64,000 nucleotides of DNA from sequence record PV764938.1; one strand, given 5' to 3'. This document shows, one piece after another, positions 63,808 through 64,000 of this stretch. The translations under genes were made by a program, and so were the position numbers. The notes under the pieces are model-generated. The model saw nothing but the letters and a program-made list of their open reading frames with translations, made no database searches and was not told the origin of the DNA. Numbering within the stretch: position 1 is the first letter of the stretch; the number at the start of each line of letters is the position of its first letter.

Positions 63808-64000
63808 ATGGACAAAACGTATTTCAAACAAAAGTCTTTGATCTTGGCTCGTCAGCTATATCCGACTCTAGACGGTGATTTCCTTATCCAGGAAGCCGAA
63901 AGAATCTTCACATATCTCAGCACAAACAACTACCAGAACTTCATTGGACTCAACTTGATCTTCGATGATATTTTGAGCTTTACGGAAATGCTGATGGCGC
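63808..64000 (+). CDS. Hypothetical protein, partial (runs off the window edge)
   Basis: MDKTYFKQKSLILARQLYP.. open to the end of the window; GAGG RBS. Confidence 0.6.
   Translation, partial: MDKTYFKQKSLILARQLYPTLDGDFLIQEAERIFTYLSTNNYQNFIGLNLIFDDILSFTEMLMA

Overview
A 64-kb segment of a large T4-superfamily (likely jumbo) myophage genome, about 50% GC, standard genetic code. From left to right: (1) 1-7014, a minus-strand operon of at least four radical SAM enzymes (three complete ones with SPASM-like C-termini, one cut by the window edge), a JmjC/cupin oxygenase, three unknown proteins and a 306-aa protein ending in CHTSCHASCHSSRSRR. This looks like a phage-encoded RiPP-style protein-modification system and is the top candidate for an undescribed system. 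(2) 7132-35978, a minus-strand tail/baseplate block: tail fibre, 4555-aa wedge, gp6, gp25, a gp5-like spike with poly-Gly linker, lysozyme-like and catalytically dead trypsin-like domains, hub, gp53, gp48/54-like and a nucleotidyltransferase. (3) 36194-46000, gp55 late sigma, a TAGT-like glycosyltransferase, gp47/gp46, a Holliday-junction resolvase, a ~1-kb highly structured non-coding region and RNase HI. (4) 45941-61957, a gp26/gp51-like pair with a candidate -1 frameshift, a candidate tape measure, portal, two paralogous acidic core proteins, prohead protease, an Ogg-like glycosylase, small early genes, scaffold and major capsid. TAAATA late promoters and sigma70-like promoters, often straddled by inverted repeats, are visible throughout. 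No tRNA, rRNA, CRISPR array or IS element was seen. All calls come from motif reading by eye; no database search or folding program was run.
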